A DNA stretch of 64,000 nucleotides, from assembly GCA_018715325.1 (NCBI GenBank), contig DVLV01000098.1, positions 2,189 to 66,188 of the forward strand, given 5' to 3'. The notes below the pieces were generated by a model. The model did not search any database and was not told where the DNA came from. It saw nothing but the letters and a program-made list of their open reading frames with translations. Positions 16,934-26,782 of the stretch are shown one piece after another (positions within the stretch are counted from its first letter, which is position 1; each line of letters opens with the position of its first letter). Origin of the DNA: Candidatus Stercorousia faecigallinarum (GTDB lineage: Bacteria > Cyanobacteriota > Vampirovibrionia > Gastranaerophilales > Gastranaerophilaceae). The position numbers and the translations under genes are program-made.

Positions 16934-17392
16934 CTAGAACTGACCGCTTTTCAATTTTTGAATAACAAGATCCGAAATATCAACGCCGCCTACAAAAATT
17001 ACTCTGTAATCAACAATTGCATCAAGTTTTTGTTCTACAAGAACCTGTTTTGTTGCCGCTTGAATTTTGTTATAAACCTGTTCTTCTTTTTGTGCTTTTA
17101 ATTTCATATAAGCTTCTTCTTTAAGCTTAAATTCTCTTGCTGTTTGAGCTTCGAAGTTTTGTTTTTTCAAAGGTGTATCCAATGATTTATATTGTTTTTC
17201 TTTATCCACCATATACTGCTGCATTTCAAGTGCTTTTGCATCAATTTCTTTTACTGCCTGCTGTGCAAACGGAAAGCCGTCCTGAACTTTTTGATAATTA
17301 ATGTAACCTACACCTGCGGCATCAGCTTGATTGCCTAAAGTAAAGAACAATCCTGCGGTCATTAAAAGTGCTGCTAGTTTAAATTTTTTCAT
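16934..17392 (-). CDS. skp: OmpH/Skp-family periplasmic chaperone
   Basis: Signal peptide MKKFKLAALLMTAGLFFTLGNQADA. Body of about 130 aa is Lys/Glu/Gln-rich and helical. Located immediately downstream of bamA. Confidence 0.7.
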   Translation of the reverse strand: MKKFKLAALLMTAGLFFTLGNQADAAGVGYINYQKVQDGFPFAQQAVKEIDAKALEMQQYMVDKEKQYKSLDTPLKKQNFEAQTAREFKLKEEAYMKLKAQKEEQVYNKIQAATKQVLVEQKLDAIVDYRVIFVGGVDISDLVIQKLKSGQF

Positions 17393-17418
17393 TTGATACC
17401 CTCCTAAGGAATTTTATA

Positions 17419-19392
17419 TTAATACATTATGTCGCCTACACCAAAAGTAAAGTAACCGTTTCTGTTACCGTTGTCACCCGGATTGGTAAGCGGAATACCG
17501 TAATCGATTGAAAGCGGTCCCATACCGGGGATATATAGTTTCAAACCTACACCGGCAGATACTGCATAAAGAGGTCTGTCGTATATCTGATCTGTAATTG
17601 ACGGGTTAAAGATTTTACCTGCATCAGCCCATACGGTAAATCTCAGGTTATTTAAGAAGTTAATTCTTGTTCTGTCAAGAAACGGGATTGGAGTTGCAAA
17701 TTCTGCACTACCCATGATGAACGCATCACCGGTACCTACACCGCTCATTTTAAAACCTCTGATGGTATAAGGACCGCCTAATCTGTACGCCATTACTTCA
17801 GGCATATTGTCGCCGTGAATTTTGCCGCCGCCCTTTGCAGTGAATGATAATGAAGATTTCTTTCCGACAGGAATATATTGTTTAACCATACCGGTTAATT
17901 TACCGTGAGTTTTATTAAAATCTATAACTCCCAGCTCTTCATCAAACCTTAAACTTGCCATTGTACCTTTTCTTGTAACAGTGGCATTATCACGCGTATC
18001 GTATAGTAATGCAGGACTTAAAGACAGGAATAAACCGCCTTCAAGCTGTTTTGCACGTTCGGAAATCGGGATGTTATATCGTGAATACAGGCTGCCGATT
18101 TTTCTTCCGTCACCTTCAGAAACGTCAATATTTTCAAGTCCTAAAGAGAATGTACTTGTAACATGTTTGTTAAATTTCATTCTGTGAGCGACGGTTGCTT
18201 CGGCTCCAACTCTTCTTTCAATTGCAAGAGGCACCTGATAAGAACCGAAATCCCTGTAGAATACTTTACTCATTAATGATGTATCGGCATTATAGAAGTA
18301 TGGTTTAAAGTAGCTTAATTCCGCCTGCAAGTTCATTCGTCTTTTAATTGAAGAGTCATTTAAAATTACACCTGTACCTGCAATACCGTTTAAAGACAGC
18401 CTTTCATTTCTTCCTAGGAAGTTATTATCAGCAATACCTACAGAACCGAATACGCCTGTTACGGAGTCAATACCGCCGCCTACGGATATGCTTGCCGTTC
18501 TTTGTTCTTCAATATTAATAGTAATATCATATTTATCGGGATCGTCGGTAGGTTCAATTTCTCTTGTTACGTCTTTAAATGCTTGAGTGGCATATAAGCG
18601 CACCAAATCTTCTTTAAGCAGATTTTCATTATAAATTTGCCCGGGTTCGGTCAGTACATTTCTTTCAATGACATAGTCTTTTGTTTTTTCGTTGCCTGAA
18701 ATTAAAATTCTGTTAATAGTACCTTCTTTAATGCTGATATTAACAGTTCCGTCGGGGTCATCGGATACGGAATCTATTCTTGCCAGAATGTAGCCTTTAG
18801 AACTGTAGCAATCCTGAATTTTAGCAATAGCTTCATTAATATCGGCAATATTTTGAGGTTTGCCTTTCATAGGCAAAAGATAGGTAAGTATTTCATCGGT
18901 AGAGATTACTGTATTGCCTTCTATTGTAAAATCAGTTACGGGCGCATTTTCTTCCAGTACAATTTTTAAAGTTACGGTACCGTCAGGGTTATTAACGGGG
19001 ATAGCTTTCATTGTTTCCGTAAAATATCCGAGCTGGTAGATAGATTTTAAATCCCGCTGAATTAATTCACGGCTGTAAACGTCGCCTTGTTGAAGTTTCA
19101 TCTGCTGTAAAATCACGGATGTATCAATAACGTTATTCCCGAGAATTTCAATATTTTTAATAGTTTTTTTATCTGTTTTTTCGGCAGAAGTTTCTGTTTT
19201 ATTTACAGCTGCAGATGCTGTAGGAGTGTCATTTTCACTTGTTGTCTGGGTTGCAGACGGAGTTTGAAGGTCATTGATTTCTGTTTTAGTTTTATCTCCC
19301 CAAAAATTTCCTTTTGCAACACTCTGAAGCGGGCACATTATAACCAACAGCAGGGCTATTAAAGATATATATACTTTGTTCAGTGAATTCAA
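17419..19392 (-). CDS. bamA: outer membrane protein assembly factor BamA (Omp85 family)
   Basis: Signal peptide, repeated POTRA-like units, a C-terminal beta-barrel region, and a terminal aromatic residue (...GVGDIMY). Confidence 0.85.
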   Translation of the reverse strand: MNSLNKVYISLIALLLVIMCPLQSVAKGNFWGDKTKTEINDLQTPSATQTTSENDTPTASAAVNKTETSAEKTDKKTIKNIEILGNNVIDTSVILQQMKLQQGDVYSRELIQRDLKSIYQLGYFTETMKAIPVNNPDGTVTLKIVLEENAPVTDFTIEGNTVISTDEILTYLLPMKGKPQNIADINEAIAKIQDCYSSKGYILARIDSVSDDPDGTVNISIKEGTINRILISGNEKTKDYVIERNVLTEPGQIYNENLLKEDLVRLYATQAFKDVTREIEPTDDPDKYDITINIEEQRTASISVGGGIDSVTGVFGSVGIADNNFLGRNERLSLNGIAGTGVILNDSSIKRRMNLQAELSYFKPYFYNADTSLMSKVFYRDFGSYQVPLAIERRVGAEATVAHRMKFNKHVTSTFSLGLENIDVSEGDGRKIGSLYSRYNIPISERAKQLEGGLFLSLSPALLYDTRDNATVTRKGTMASLRFDEELGVIDFNKTHGKLTGMVKQYIPVGKKSSLSFTAKGGGKIHGDNMPEVMAYRLGGPYTIRGFKMSGVGTGDAFIMGSAEFATPIPFLDRTRINFLNNLRFTVWADAGKIFNPSITDQIYDRPLYAVSAGVGLKLYIPGMGPLSIDYGIPLTNPGDNGNRNGYFTFGVGDIMY

Positions 19393-19471
19393 AAAATCTC
19401 TACCTTAAAAACTTCAATTATACTATCCTAAAAATATTATATCATAAATTAAAAAAAGTGGAACATGTAAA

Positions 19472-20281
19472 TTATGTTAAACATCTTTTGTAAATATCAT
19501 TTTTGTTGAGCTTATAAAGTTCGGATAAAATTATAGAAATTTCTTTCGCCTTAAAGTTTTTTGATTTTAATAAAGAAATTTTTTCATCAATATCAATATC
19601 TGAGCAGGTTTCTTCTTCTCTGAAAACAAGTGCGACGATTTCACCTTTCAGGGTATTATTTCGAAAATGTTCAATAACTTTTTCGGTTTCATCAATAACG
19701 ATTTCTTCAAAAACTTTTGTCAGTTCTCTTCCTATACCAACGCGTGAATTCGGGCGAAATTCTTTTATTAATTGAAGAGTATTTAAAATTCTGTTAGGGG
19801 ATTCGTAAAATACTAAATCAGTTGATTTATATTTTTTTAATAAGTTTTCTATTTGTGATTTTGTTTTTGGTAAAAATCCTGCGAAGGTAAAATCTTCTCC
19901 CTTTCTTGGAACCTGAGAAAGAAATGTTGCAACGGCATTTGCTCCTGCGAGTGAAGTTACGGTGTAATTATTTTTTCTTAATTCGTCTACTATTATCGCT
20001 CCGGGATCACAGAATAAAGGAGTTCCTGCATCGGATACAAGTGCAATTTTTTTCCCTTCTTTTAATATATTAAGAAAACAATTTATACGTTCTTTTTCGT
20101 TAAATTTGTGATATGAGATACATTTTGTTTTTATATCAAAATGATTTAGAAGTTTTTGTGTTACTCTCATATCTTCGCAAGCAATTATATCAACAGATTT
20201 TAAGGTATCTATTGCCCTTCGGGTTATATCTCCAAGGTTTCCGATAGGGGTCGGAACTATATAAAAATCATATTCTTTCAT
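19472..20281 (-). CDS. rsmI: 16S rRNA (cytidine1402-2'-O)-methyltransferase RsmI
   Basis: YIVPTPIGNLGDITRRAIDTLKSVDIIACEDMRVTQKLL is the tetrapyrrole-methylase-fold RsmI signature. Confidence 0.85.
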   Translation of the reverse strand: MKEYDFYIVPTPIGNLGDITRRAIDTLKSVDIIACEDMRVTQKLLNHFDIKTKCISYHKFNEKERINCFLNILKEGKKIALVSDAGTPLFCDPGAIIVDELRKNNYTVTSLAGANAVATFLSQVPRKGEDFTFAGFLPKTKSQIENLLKKYKSTDLVFYESPNRILNTLQLIKEFRPNSRVGIGRELTKVFEEIVIDETEKVIEHFRNNTLKGEIVALVFREEETCSDIDIDEKISLLKSKNFKAKEISIILSELYKLNKNDIYKRCLT

Positions 20282-21417
20282 TAATTAAATCTCGCTTCCG
20301 TATCTTTTTTAAGTTTGTCTGTGATCTCTCTGTAATCTATGGTTACAGGTGTAGGTTTTGAAGTCTTTATTATATCTAAAAATATTTTCGCATTCTCCGG
20401 TTTTTTACCGTCCAAAAAATAAGCGGAATTTGCGGCATCTTCCCGGGCAGGAACAATTAAACCGCTTTGTGCAAATTTTTCACTGCTTTCTTTTGATGAT
20501 AAAAATTCTATAAGCTTTTTAGCTTCATTTTTGTGTACGGATTGTTTTGAAACTGCCCAGCCTGATGCGTCTAACTGTACAATACTGCCTTTAGTTCCTT
20601 TCGGAAACTGTGCAATATCCCAGTCAAATTCAGCTTCCTCGCGTAATTTCGGAACCATCCATCGTCCCGACAGGTACATCCCGATACGCTGCTGCAGAAA
20701 CATTTGTGCCATTGTAGCACTTGCACTTTCAGATTTTAAAGGTGCAGCATGATATTTTTTTCGCAGATCAGCATAAAAAGTTATTGCATTTTGGCTTTCA
20801 GGTTTTGATATTTCGTCAGGCAATATTCCGCCGCCGCTGCTCATCAGATAAGGAAGATAAAATAACGGATCTTCCTCAAAACTTATACCGAAAATATTTT
20901 TATCGGTTAGTTTTTGTGCCGTTGTAAGAAAATCTTCAAATGTCCAATTTTTGTCAGGGTATGCAATATGTTTTTTATTAAATAAATCTTTATTGTAATA
21001 GATTACTAAATTAGAAACGTCACGCGGAATTGCGTAAAGCTTGCCTTTCCAGCTTAATGCTTCAAGTGGCTGAGGATAAAAATGCCCGTCAGCATTTAAT
21101 TCTTCCAAAAGTCCTGCATTTGCATAAACAGGTAAATATAAATTATTGATAAATATTATGTCAGGAGCTGTGTTTGATGCAAAAAGGAGGTGGATTTTCT
21201 GAAAATAATTCTGGGGAATATGCATAAAATCCACTTTGATATTCGGATTTTCTTGTTCAAACTCTGATAAAAGAGGTTTTAATATATCTGTTTCCGATTT
21301 AGAGCCCCAGCTTGCAAATTCAATTATTGTTTTGGTTTCCTTTTTGCCGCATCCGCATAAAAATATAATGCAAACAAGTATTGTGCAAAATATTTTTTTA
21401 TTAAACGCTGCTCTCAC
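20281..21417 (-). CDS. ABC transporter substrate-binding lipoprotein (sugar-type, family 1 SBP)
   Basis: Lipobox-like FLCGCG after a hydrophobic leader. The SBP_bac_1-like body includes FASWGS...DIIFINN...YAIPRD. The stop overlaps the rsmI start (TAATG). Confidence 0.75.
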   Translation of the reverse strand: MRAAFNKKIFCTILVCIIFLCGCGKKETKTIIEFASWGSKSETDILKPLLSEFEQENPNIKVDFMHIPQNYFQKIHLLFASNTAPDIIFINNLYLPVYANAGLLEELNADGHFYPQPLEALSWKGKLYAIPRDVSNLVIYYNKDLFNKKHIAYPDKNWTFEDFLTTAQKLTDKNIFGISFEEDPLFYLPYLMSSGGGILPDEISKPESQNAITFYADLRKKYHAAPLKSESASATMAQMFLQQRIGMYLSGRWMVPKLREEAEFDWDIAQFPKGTKGSIVQLDASGWAVSKQSVHKNEAKKLIEFLSSKESSEKFAQSGLIVPAREDAANSAYFLDGKKPENAKIFLDIIKTSKPTPVTIDYREITDKLKKDTEARFN

Positions 21418-21430
21418 AATTATTTACCTG

Positions 21431-23398
21431 TTACAGTTCAATTAATACGCCCATTTTATCTTCATTAACTTCAACAAGTGACTTGAAGCCGCCTGCTTTA
21501 ACCATATAGACATTTGCATTATCATGTCTTACCTGAATAGGATTTGTTACGTTATTATCGAATTTTTTCAATACAAAAACTTCATCGTTAACTTTTCCTA
21601 TTAAAGCTGATTTCCCGTCAAGGTTCACAATATAGAAACCTTTGTTTTCGTCAATATTAAACCCTGATTTTACAATTAATCCGTTAATATATGAAGATTT
21701 TGTTTCGTTGCGCAGTTTTGTGATGGGATTAGTTTGCTGTGTAGATTGCGGCATTTTCGGTGTTGCAGACGGTTTTATAACCGGATTGCTTGCTGTTTTT
21801 TCTTTATCAATAATTGAAAAGAACTCGTCAATTGATGACATAATGTATTCTGTCGGTTTAAATTTCATACGTTCACCTCTGTTTTCCACGTCAGCTACAT
21901 CTAAGTTAGCGTCTTTTAACCTTCTTGTATTTGAATGAAGTAATGAATTACCCAGTTCCACATTTTTTTGTTCGCGGAGAGGGATTTCATTTTCATATTT
22001 TTTAAATCTGCTTTTTATTTTATCACGGCTTGTCATGCTTAACGATGTTCTGTGCGTATCAAATGCTTTAAGCTTAATTGTTTTTTGAATTGCATCTTCT
22101 TCGTTATGGACTTCAATTATTTCGGGTTGTTTACTGCTTTCATCACCGTAAGGCGTCTGTTCCGTAACCAGTTTTTCCAATTCCTGACGTTTTTCTTCTA
22201 TTACGGGATCAGGTGTTTCGGCAGGAGTTTTAATAAATGTATAGTGACCTTTGTTATTTGCTCTTGGAACAGGTTTTGCGGATTCGTCCAGGTAACGCTG
22301 ATATTTCTGCTGCCATGATAATTCATTGTTGTTTACGATATTGTTATATTTTACGGTATTAAGTATAGGCTGGCTGATTGAAGGTTCTTTTAAATTGTTT
22401 GATTTTTTTGATTTTAAAATATTAGAAATTATTATTAATGCCAACAACGGTAGCAGTCCGAAACGTACAGATTTTGGAAGCTGTATTCTGCTTAATCGGT
22501 TTTTTATTACAGAAACAATTGAAGGTTTTTCAATCGGAGGAAGTTCTTTAATATCTTTGACAGGAGCATCGAATGTTGTACCTGCAACAGTTTGTACTTG
22601 AGAGATTGTTTCTTGCGGAGCGGTTTCAGCCTGTTTTTCCTGCTTTACTTCTTCAATGAGTTCTGCTAGCTGTTCTTTTCTTGTAAGTCTGTCATCCTGC
22701 GGGTTAATTTCCTTAAGTTTAATTTCAGGAGCTTTAACTTTATTTTGTTTTTTTATTTCAGTTTTTTGCACAGTTTTTTTGGGAGTTTCCTGTTTTACAA
22801 CAGTAACCGGTTCAACTTTTTTTGTATTAACTGCCGGTTTTGGCTGAGCAGAAATCTGTTTTTGCGCAGGTGCTTTATTTACAGTAACTTCTGTTTTAGG
22901 CTGTTGCTGCGTTTTTTTAGGAAGTTCTTGCTTAGCTATATTATTTTTAACCGCATTTGCCTGTGCTATAAGGGTTTTATATTCTTTTTGCTCTGCAGTA
23001 ACAGGTGCACTTTTTTGAGTATTTGTTTTAATATCAAGCGGTTTAGTCGTAATAAGCGTTACTTTAGTGTAACCGCCGCTTGTGTCATTAATTGTTTTTA
23101 CATCAATATTTGAAACTAAATCATTAACACCGTTTAAGCTTGAGCTGCTGAAACCGTTGCTTTGAACTTTAGGTATAAGGATTACATATTTATTATCGGA
23201 TTTTTTTCTTACAAGTACGTTGTCGTTGTAAGTATTTGAGGTAAATAAAGTAACATTAACGGAATTATTTGATGCCCGTTTCAAATCGAGCTGTACAAGG
23301 TTATTATTTTCGGCATTTGCAAACGACTCTGATACAGGTGTTACTGTAAGAGCAAGCAATAGCGCCATACCTACTATATTAGATTTTTTTACTGCCAT
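21431..23398 (-). CDS. hypothetical secreted/membrane protein with AMIN-like N-terminal domain and Lys/Pro/Gln-rich linker
   Basis: Signal peptide. LVQLDLKRASNNSVNVTLFTS...KYVILIPKV resembles an AMIN domain. A mid-protein TM is present (GLLPLLALIIISNIL). The remainder is not recognised. Confidence 0.45.
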   Translation of the reverse strand: MAVKKSNIVGMALLLALTVTPVSESFANAENNNLVQLDLKRASNNSVNVTLFTSNTYNDNVLVRKKSDNKYVILIPKVQSNGFSSSSLNGVNDLVSNIDVKTINDTSGGYTKVTLITTKPLDIKTNTQKSAPVTAEQKEYKTLIAQANAVKNNIAKQELPKKTQQQPKTEVTVNKAPAQKQISAQPKPAVNTKKVEPVTVVKQETPKKTVQKTEIKKQNKVKAPEIKLKEINPQDDRLTRKEQLAELIEEVKQEKQAETAPQETISQVQTVAGTTFDAPVKDIKELPPIEKPSIVSVIKNRLSRIQLPKSVRFGLLPLLALIIISNILKSKKSNNLKEPSISQPILNTVKYNNIVNNNELSWQQKYQRYLDESAKPVPRANNKGHYTFIKTPAETPDPVIEEKRQELEKLVTEQTPYGDESSKQPEIIEVHNEEDAIQKTIKLKAFDTHRTSLSMTSRDKIKSRFKKYENEIPLREQKNVELGNSLLHSNTRRLKDANLDVADVENRGERMKFKPTEYIMSSIDEFFSIIDKEKTASNPVIKPSATPKMPQSTQQTNPITKLRNETKSSYINGLIVKSGFNIDENKGFYIVNLDGKSALIGKVNDEVFVLKKFDNNVTNPIQVRHDNANVYMVKAGGFKSLVEVNEDKMGVLIEL

Positions 23399-23500
23399 TT
23401 TCTACCGTTAAATTTTTCCCTTATACATATATATAATACTTTGAGCAAAAAAAAATTGCCAGTTTGTTAAAAAAATATACTTTTATGTTACAATTTTTTT

Positions 23501-24391
23501 ATGAAAAGCGGATTTACAGCAATCATTGGACGCCCGAATGTAGGCAAGTCAACTTTATTGAACCAAATATTGGGGCAAAAAATTGTTATTGCTACAGATA
23601 AGGCGCAAACTACACGCAAACGAATTAAAGGAATTTATACTACAGATAAGGGACAGATTGTTTTTATAGACACTCCGGGAGTTCACAAGCCTTTAAATAA
23701 ACTCGGTGAATTCCTTCTTGACGAGTCAAAAACAGCTGTACCTGATGCGGATTTAATTTTGTTTCTCGTTGATGGTTCTGAACCTGCAGGAAAGGGCGAT
23801 AAATGGATTGCACAAAATCTTTTGCAGACCGAAACTCCTGTTATTATTGTAATGAATAAGGTTGATAAACTTAAAAAACTTAATAAGGTTGAAGAAAATT
23901 TATTGACTTATAAACTCTTATTTGAAAAGAATTATCCTGTTGTTAAAATTTCTGCAAAAACAGGAAGAAACATAGATACTCTCATTAAAAATATTTACAA
24001 ATATCTTCCGGAAGGTGAGCTTTTATATCCCGAAGATGTTGTTACAGAAGAAACAATGAGGGATGTAACGGAAGAAGTTATACGTGAAAAAATTCTTTTG
24101 AATACATCTGATGAAATTCCGCATTCGGTTGCCGTGAAAATCGAAAGCTATACCGAAAGCGATGATATCGACAGAATTTATGCAACAATATATTGTGAAA
24201 CAAAAAGCCAGAAGGGTATTTTAATAGGAAAAGGCGGAAGTCTGCTAAAAAAAATCGGTACGGAAGCCCGCAAAGATTTGGAAAATATTGTTGAGAAAAA
24301 AGTTTTCCTCGGGCTTGAAGTTAAAATTGAAAAGGATTGGCGTAAAAAACAAAGTTCTTTGAAAAACTTCGGCTACGAGCAGGAAAAGTAA
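23501..24391 (+). CDS. era: GTPase Era
   Basis: G1 motif GRPNVGKST, DTPG, NKVD, and a C-terminal KH domain. There is no SD; the TGTTACAAT extended -10 ends 6 nt before the ATG. Confidence 0.9.
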   Translation: MKSGFTAIIGRPNVGKSTLLNQILGQKIVIATDKAQTTRKRIKGIYTTDKGQIVFIDTPGVHKPLNKLGEFLLDESKTAVPDADLILFLVDGSEPAGKGDKWIAQNLLQTETPVIIVMNKVDKLKKLNKVEENLLTYKLLFEKNYPVVKISAKTGRNIDTLIKNIYKYLPEGELLYPEDVVTEETMRDVTEEVIREKILLNTSDEIPHSVAVKIESYTESDDIDRIYATIYCETKSQKGILIGKGGSLLKKIGTEARKDLENIVEKKVFLGLEVKIEKDWRKKQSSLKNFGYEQEK

Positions 24392-24392
24392 T

Positions 24393-25061
24393 TTACAAAT
24401 CCAGAGTTTCCAATAAATTCAATTCTTTATTACTATTAGTCGGTGTTGTATTTATAATATTGTTAAGATGTTTCATTGTTTTTTCTGTCGTATCTCTGTT
24501 TGTCCGCATTGCAACAAGCCAGTTTTCTCCGCCAACCTGCTTAAAACCCAAACGTGAATATTTTGACACAGTATCGAAAGGACCGTTTAAAATTGCATCT
24601 AGACTTAATATGTTCGCTTTACTGCCAAGAAAATCCGTAAACATCTGTTTAAATAAAGTTTGCCCCGCAAGGACTACTTTCTTGCCTGTTTCTACAGGCC
24701 ATGTGCAGATACAATCTAAATGATACTTATTTTTACCAGGCTGAAAGGTTATAATCCCGCACGGCTTATTATCTTTAGCAGCAATAAAACATTTCCGGTC
24801 TGAGTTTAATGCTTTATCAAGTGCAACATTAAGCATTTCCTGCCAGCGGTCAAATTCTGATTTTGTAATTTTAGCATCCGGCATGAGTTCATTCATTTTT
24901 ATTGTATTTCTCAGTTTTTGAAGAAAGGCGCGGTCGTTACGGGTTATCTGATACAAACCGATATTTGTTTCCGCATTTTTAATACAGTTTATTGAATTTG
25001 CAATATGAATGCCGTTAAATGTCGGGGGGGGGGCACTTTTGAGGCTGTTTTGTATTTGCAT
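24393..25061 (-). CDS. GNAT-like acetyltransferase-fold protein with a C10 tract in codons 10-13 (in frame as assembled)
   Basis: MQIQNSLKSAPPPTFNG, where the PPP codons come from the C10 tract at 25024-25033. The C-terminal part (...LAGQTLFKQMF...SRLGFKQVGG) is GNAT-like. Confidence 0.5.
   Translation of the reverse strand: MQIQNSLKSAPPPTFNGIHIANSINCIKNAETNIGLYQITRNDRAFLQKLRNTIKMNELMPDAKITKSEFDRWQEMLNVALDKALNSDRKCFIAAKDNKPCGIITFQPGKNKYHLDCICTWPVETGKKVVLAGQTLFKQMFTDFLGSKANILSLDAILNGPFDTVSKYSRLGFKQVGGENWLVAMRTNRDTTEKTMKHLNNIINTTPTNSNKELNLLETLDL
25024..25033 (-). repeat. homopolymer G10 (C10 on the coding strand) inside the 5' end of CDS 24393..25061
   Basis: Counted directly: gtc gggggggggg cac. 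Confidence 0.95.
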
Positions 25062-25066
25062 AAAAT

Positions 25067-25099
25067 ACTTCCCTTTTATTTTCTATACAAAAGGGAAGT
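25067..25099 (-). terminator. hairpin (11-bp stem ACTTCCCTTTT/AAAAGGGAAGT) between the pilin gene and the GNAT-like gene; the 3' arm contains the SD of the downstream gene
   Basis: Perfect 11-bp inverted repeat at 25067-25077 and 25089-25099. On the minus strand it is followed by ATTTT and the ATG at 25061. Confidence 0.5.
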
Positions 25100-25142
25100 T
25101 ATATGAATGTTTAAAATTGCCTTAATTTTAAGTTTTTTTAAG

Positions 25143-25903
25143 TTACCACGGATAATCTTTTGCGATTTCCCATCCGTCATTCATTATTATAGAAGCACAC
25201 CAGTAGCCTGATTGATTTCTGTTGCAGGCATTTCCTCCTCTGGTAAATATTTTATCCCTGTCAAATTCTCCATAACTCCATGCTTCCTCTGTCCCTGCTC
25301 CTCCTAACGGCTGCAGTCCGTACTTATTCGTAAAAATAAATAAAAAAGTATCTTTACCGATTTGATTGGGCTTTTTTAATCCGTTTACGTCTATACCTAC
25401 CCATATACTCGGATGTACGTAGTTAAGAGTTATCATAGTGCCGTCTGAAAGAACAAAGTTTGTTGCGGTTACTGATGAGGGGGCATAGGTAGTACCGCTG
25501 TAATTTTTACCGTTTAATAATTTTCTTGGAGCGATATCCCATAGTTCTTTTGTAGAATATTCATTTACATACTGAACATAATTTTTTATATATTTATTAA
25601 AAAAATCTTTACCGTGTAATTGGGTAGACCAAAATTCTGAAGATTCATTATAAACTTCCGAAAGTTTTATTGCCTGCTCAACAATACTATAAGCCTTTTT
25701 TAAACGAGTTACGGTCTCCTGCTTTTTATAATTGGCTAAAAGTGCAGGCATAGTTAATGATGCAACTACTCCTATTATCCCCAAAGTTATTAAAACTTCT
25801 GCAAGTGTGAAACCGTTAGAAAAATTTGAAAAATTCCCTGTATGGCGGGTTAAGCGGCACACTTGCGGGGGGGGGGCAGTCTCAAAGCTTCTTGTTTAAA
25901 CAT
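25143..25903 (-). CDS. phase-variable prepilin-type protein (pilin-like paralogue 3); SD-linked ATG is out of frame at C10
   Basis: AGGAGG-N7-ATG (25903) opens MFKQEALRLPPP. With C10 this frame stops at 25850-25852. With C11 it reads MFKQEALRLPPPPQVCRLTRHTGNFSNFSNG|FTLAEVLITLGIIGVV... through to 25143. The track ORF 25143..25862 starts at a GTG with no SD. Confidence 0.7.
25867..25876 (-). repeat. homopolymer G10 (C10 on the coding strand) between the start codon and the prepilin motif
   Basis: Counted directly: ttgc gggggggggg cagt. Confidence 0.95.
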
Positions 25904-25967
25904 TTTTCAACCTCCTGTTTTTCTTTATTATTTAACATGAAGTTGTTTTTGTCAAGTGCTGTTTAAC

Positions 25968-26663
25968 TTATACATTCAGTTTATATCCACCGCCGTATAT
26001 TGTTTCTATGTATTTTTTTCCGTCCGAAATCTTATCAATTTTACTTCTTAAATGTCTTATGTGAACTCTTATTGTTTCAATATCATCATCAGGAGAGTAG
26101 CCCCATATATCTTTCAAAAGCTGTGCAGATGAAACCATATTGCCATGATTTTGGAACAGAAGATTAAATATTTCAAATTCTATAGGCGTTAATTTTGCCT
26201 GTTTTTCTCCTATTTTTACACTGTAAAGTTCTGGAAGCAAGGTGATTTCCCCGAGTGTCAAAAGTTCTCTTGTAGATGCACTTTCAGGAATTTGCCGTGT
26301 TCTTTTCAAAAGAGCTCTAACTCGAACCTGCAATTCTTCCATTTCAAAAGGTTTTACAAGGTAGTCATCCACCCCGATGTTAAAACCATTAACTTTATCG
26401 TTAACTTGTGAAAGTGCTGTAAGCATTAAAATCGGAATATCTTTTGTTGCATCGTTTTTTCTTATTCTCTGTGCAACGGTAAATCCGTCAACATCAGGCA
26501 TCATTACATCAAGCACCACAAGGGAAGGAAGTTCCTGTTTGCACAAAGCAAAGCCTTTAATGCCGTCATAAGCCTGAATAACTTTATACCCGCATAATTC
26601 TAAGTTAACTTTTATAAGCTCGTTTATCGCTAAATCGTCATCTATTACAAGAATTTTATTCAT
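25968..26663 (-). CDS. OmpR/PhoB-family response regulator (orphan; RpaB-like)
   Basis: Receiver domain (ILVIDDD...VLDVMMPDVDG...LTA...KPF) plus a winged-helix output domain (LTPIEFEIFNLL...GYKL). No adjacent histidine kinase. Confidence 0.9.
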   Translation of the reverse strand: MNKILVIDDDLAINELIKVNLELCGYKVIQAYDGIKGFALCKQELPSLVVLDVMMPDVDGFTVAQRIRKNDATKDIPILMLTALSQVNDKVNGFNIGVDDYLVKPFEMEELQVRVRALLKRTRQIPESASTRELLTLGEITLLPELYSVKIGEKQAKLTPIEFEIFNLLFQNHGNMVSSAQLLKDIWGYSPDDDIETIRVHIRHLRSKIDKISDGKKYIETIYGGGYKLNV

Positions 26664-26782
26664 ATCTGAATTCTATATATAAAATACAAAAAATACAACT
26701 CTGTTTGTTAAAAAATATTAATAAAAATAGCCCGTTCGAATGATACATTATGACTTATTTTTAGGCATATTTATTTGAAAAG

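Noticed and set aside
16904-16934. Two GC-rich hairpins (GCCCTATAGGGC and GCAGCG-gca-CGCTGC) downstream of skp as a small RNA or REP-like element
   Set aside because: There is only one copy in the window, and the position fits a weak terminator between skp and udp. The evidence is insufficient for a repeat-element or ncRNA call.
21642-23113. Several plus-strand ORFs antisense to gene 21431..23398
   Set aside because: These are low-complexity Phe/Leu/Cys-rich translations of the antisense strand of a Lys/Pro/Gln-rich gene, so I treat them as non-coding.
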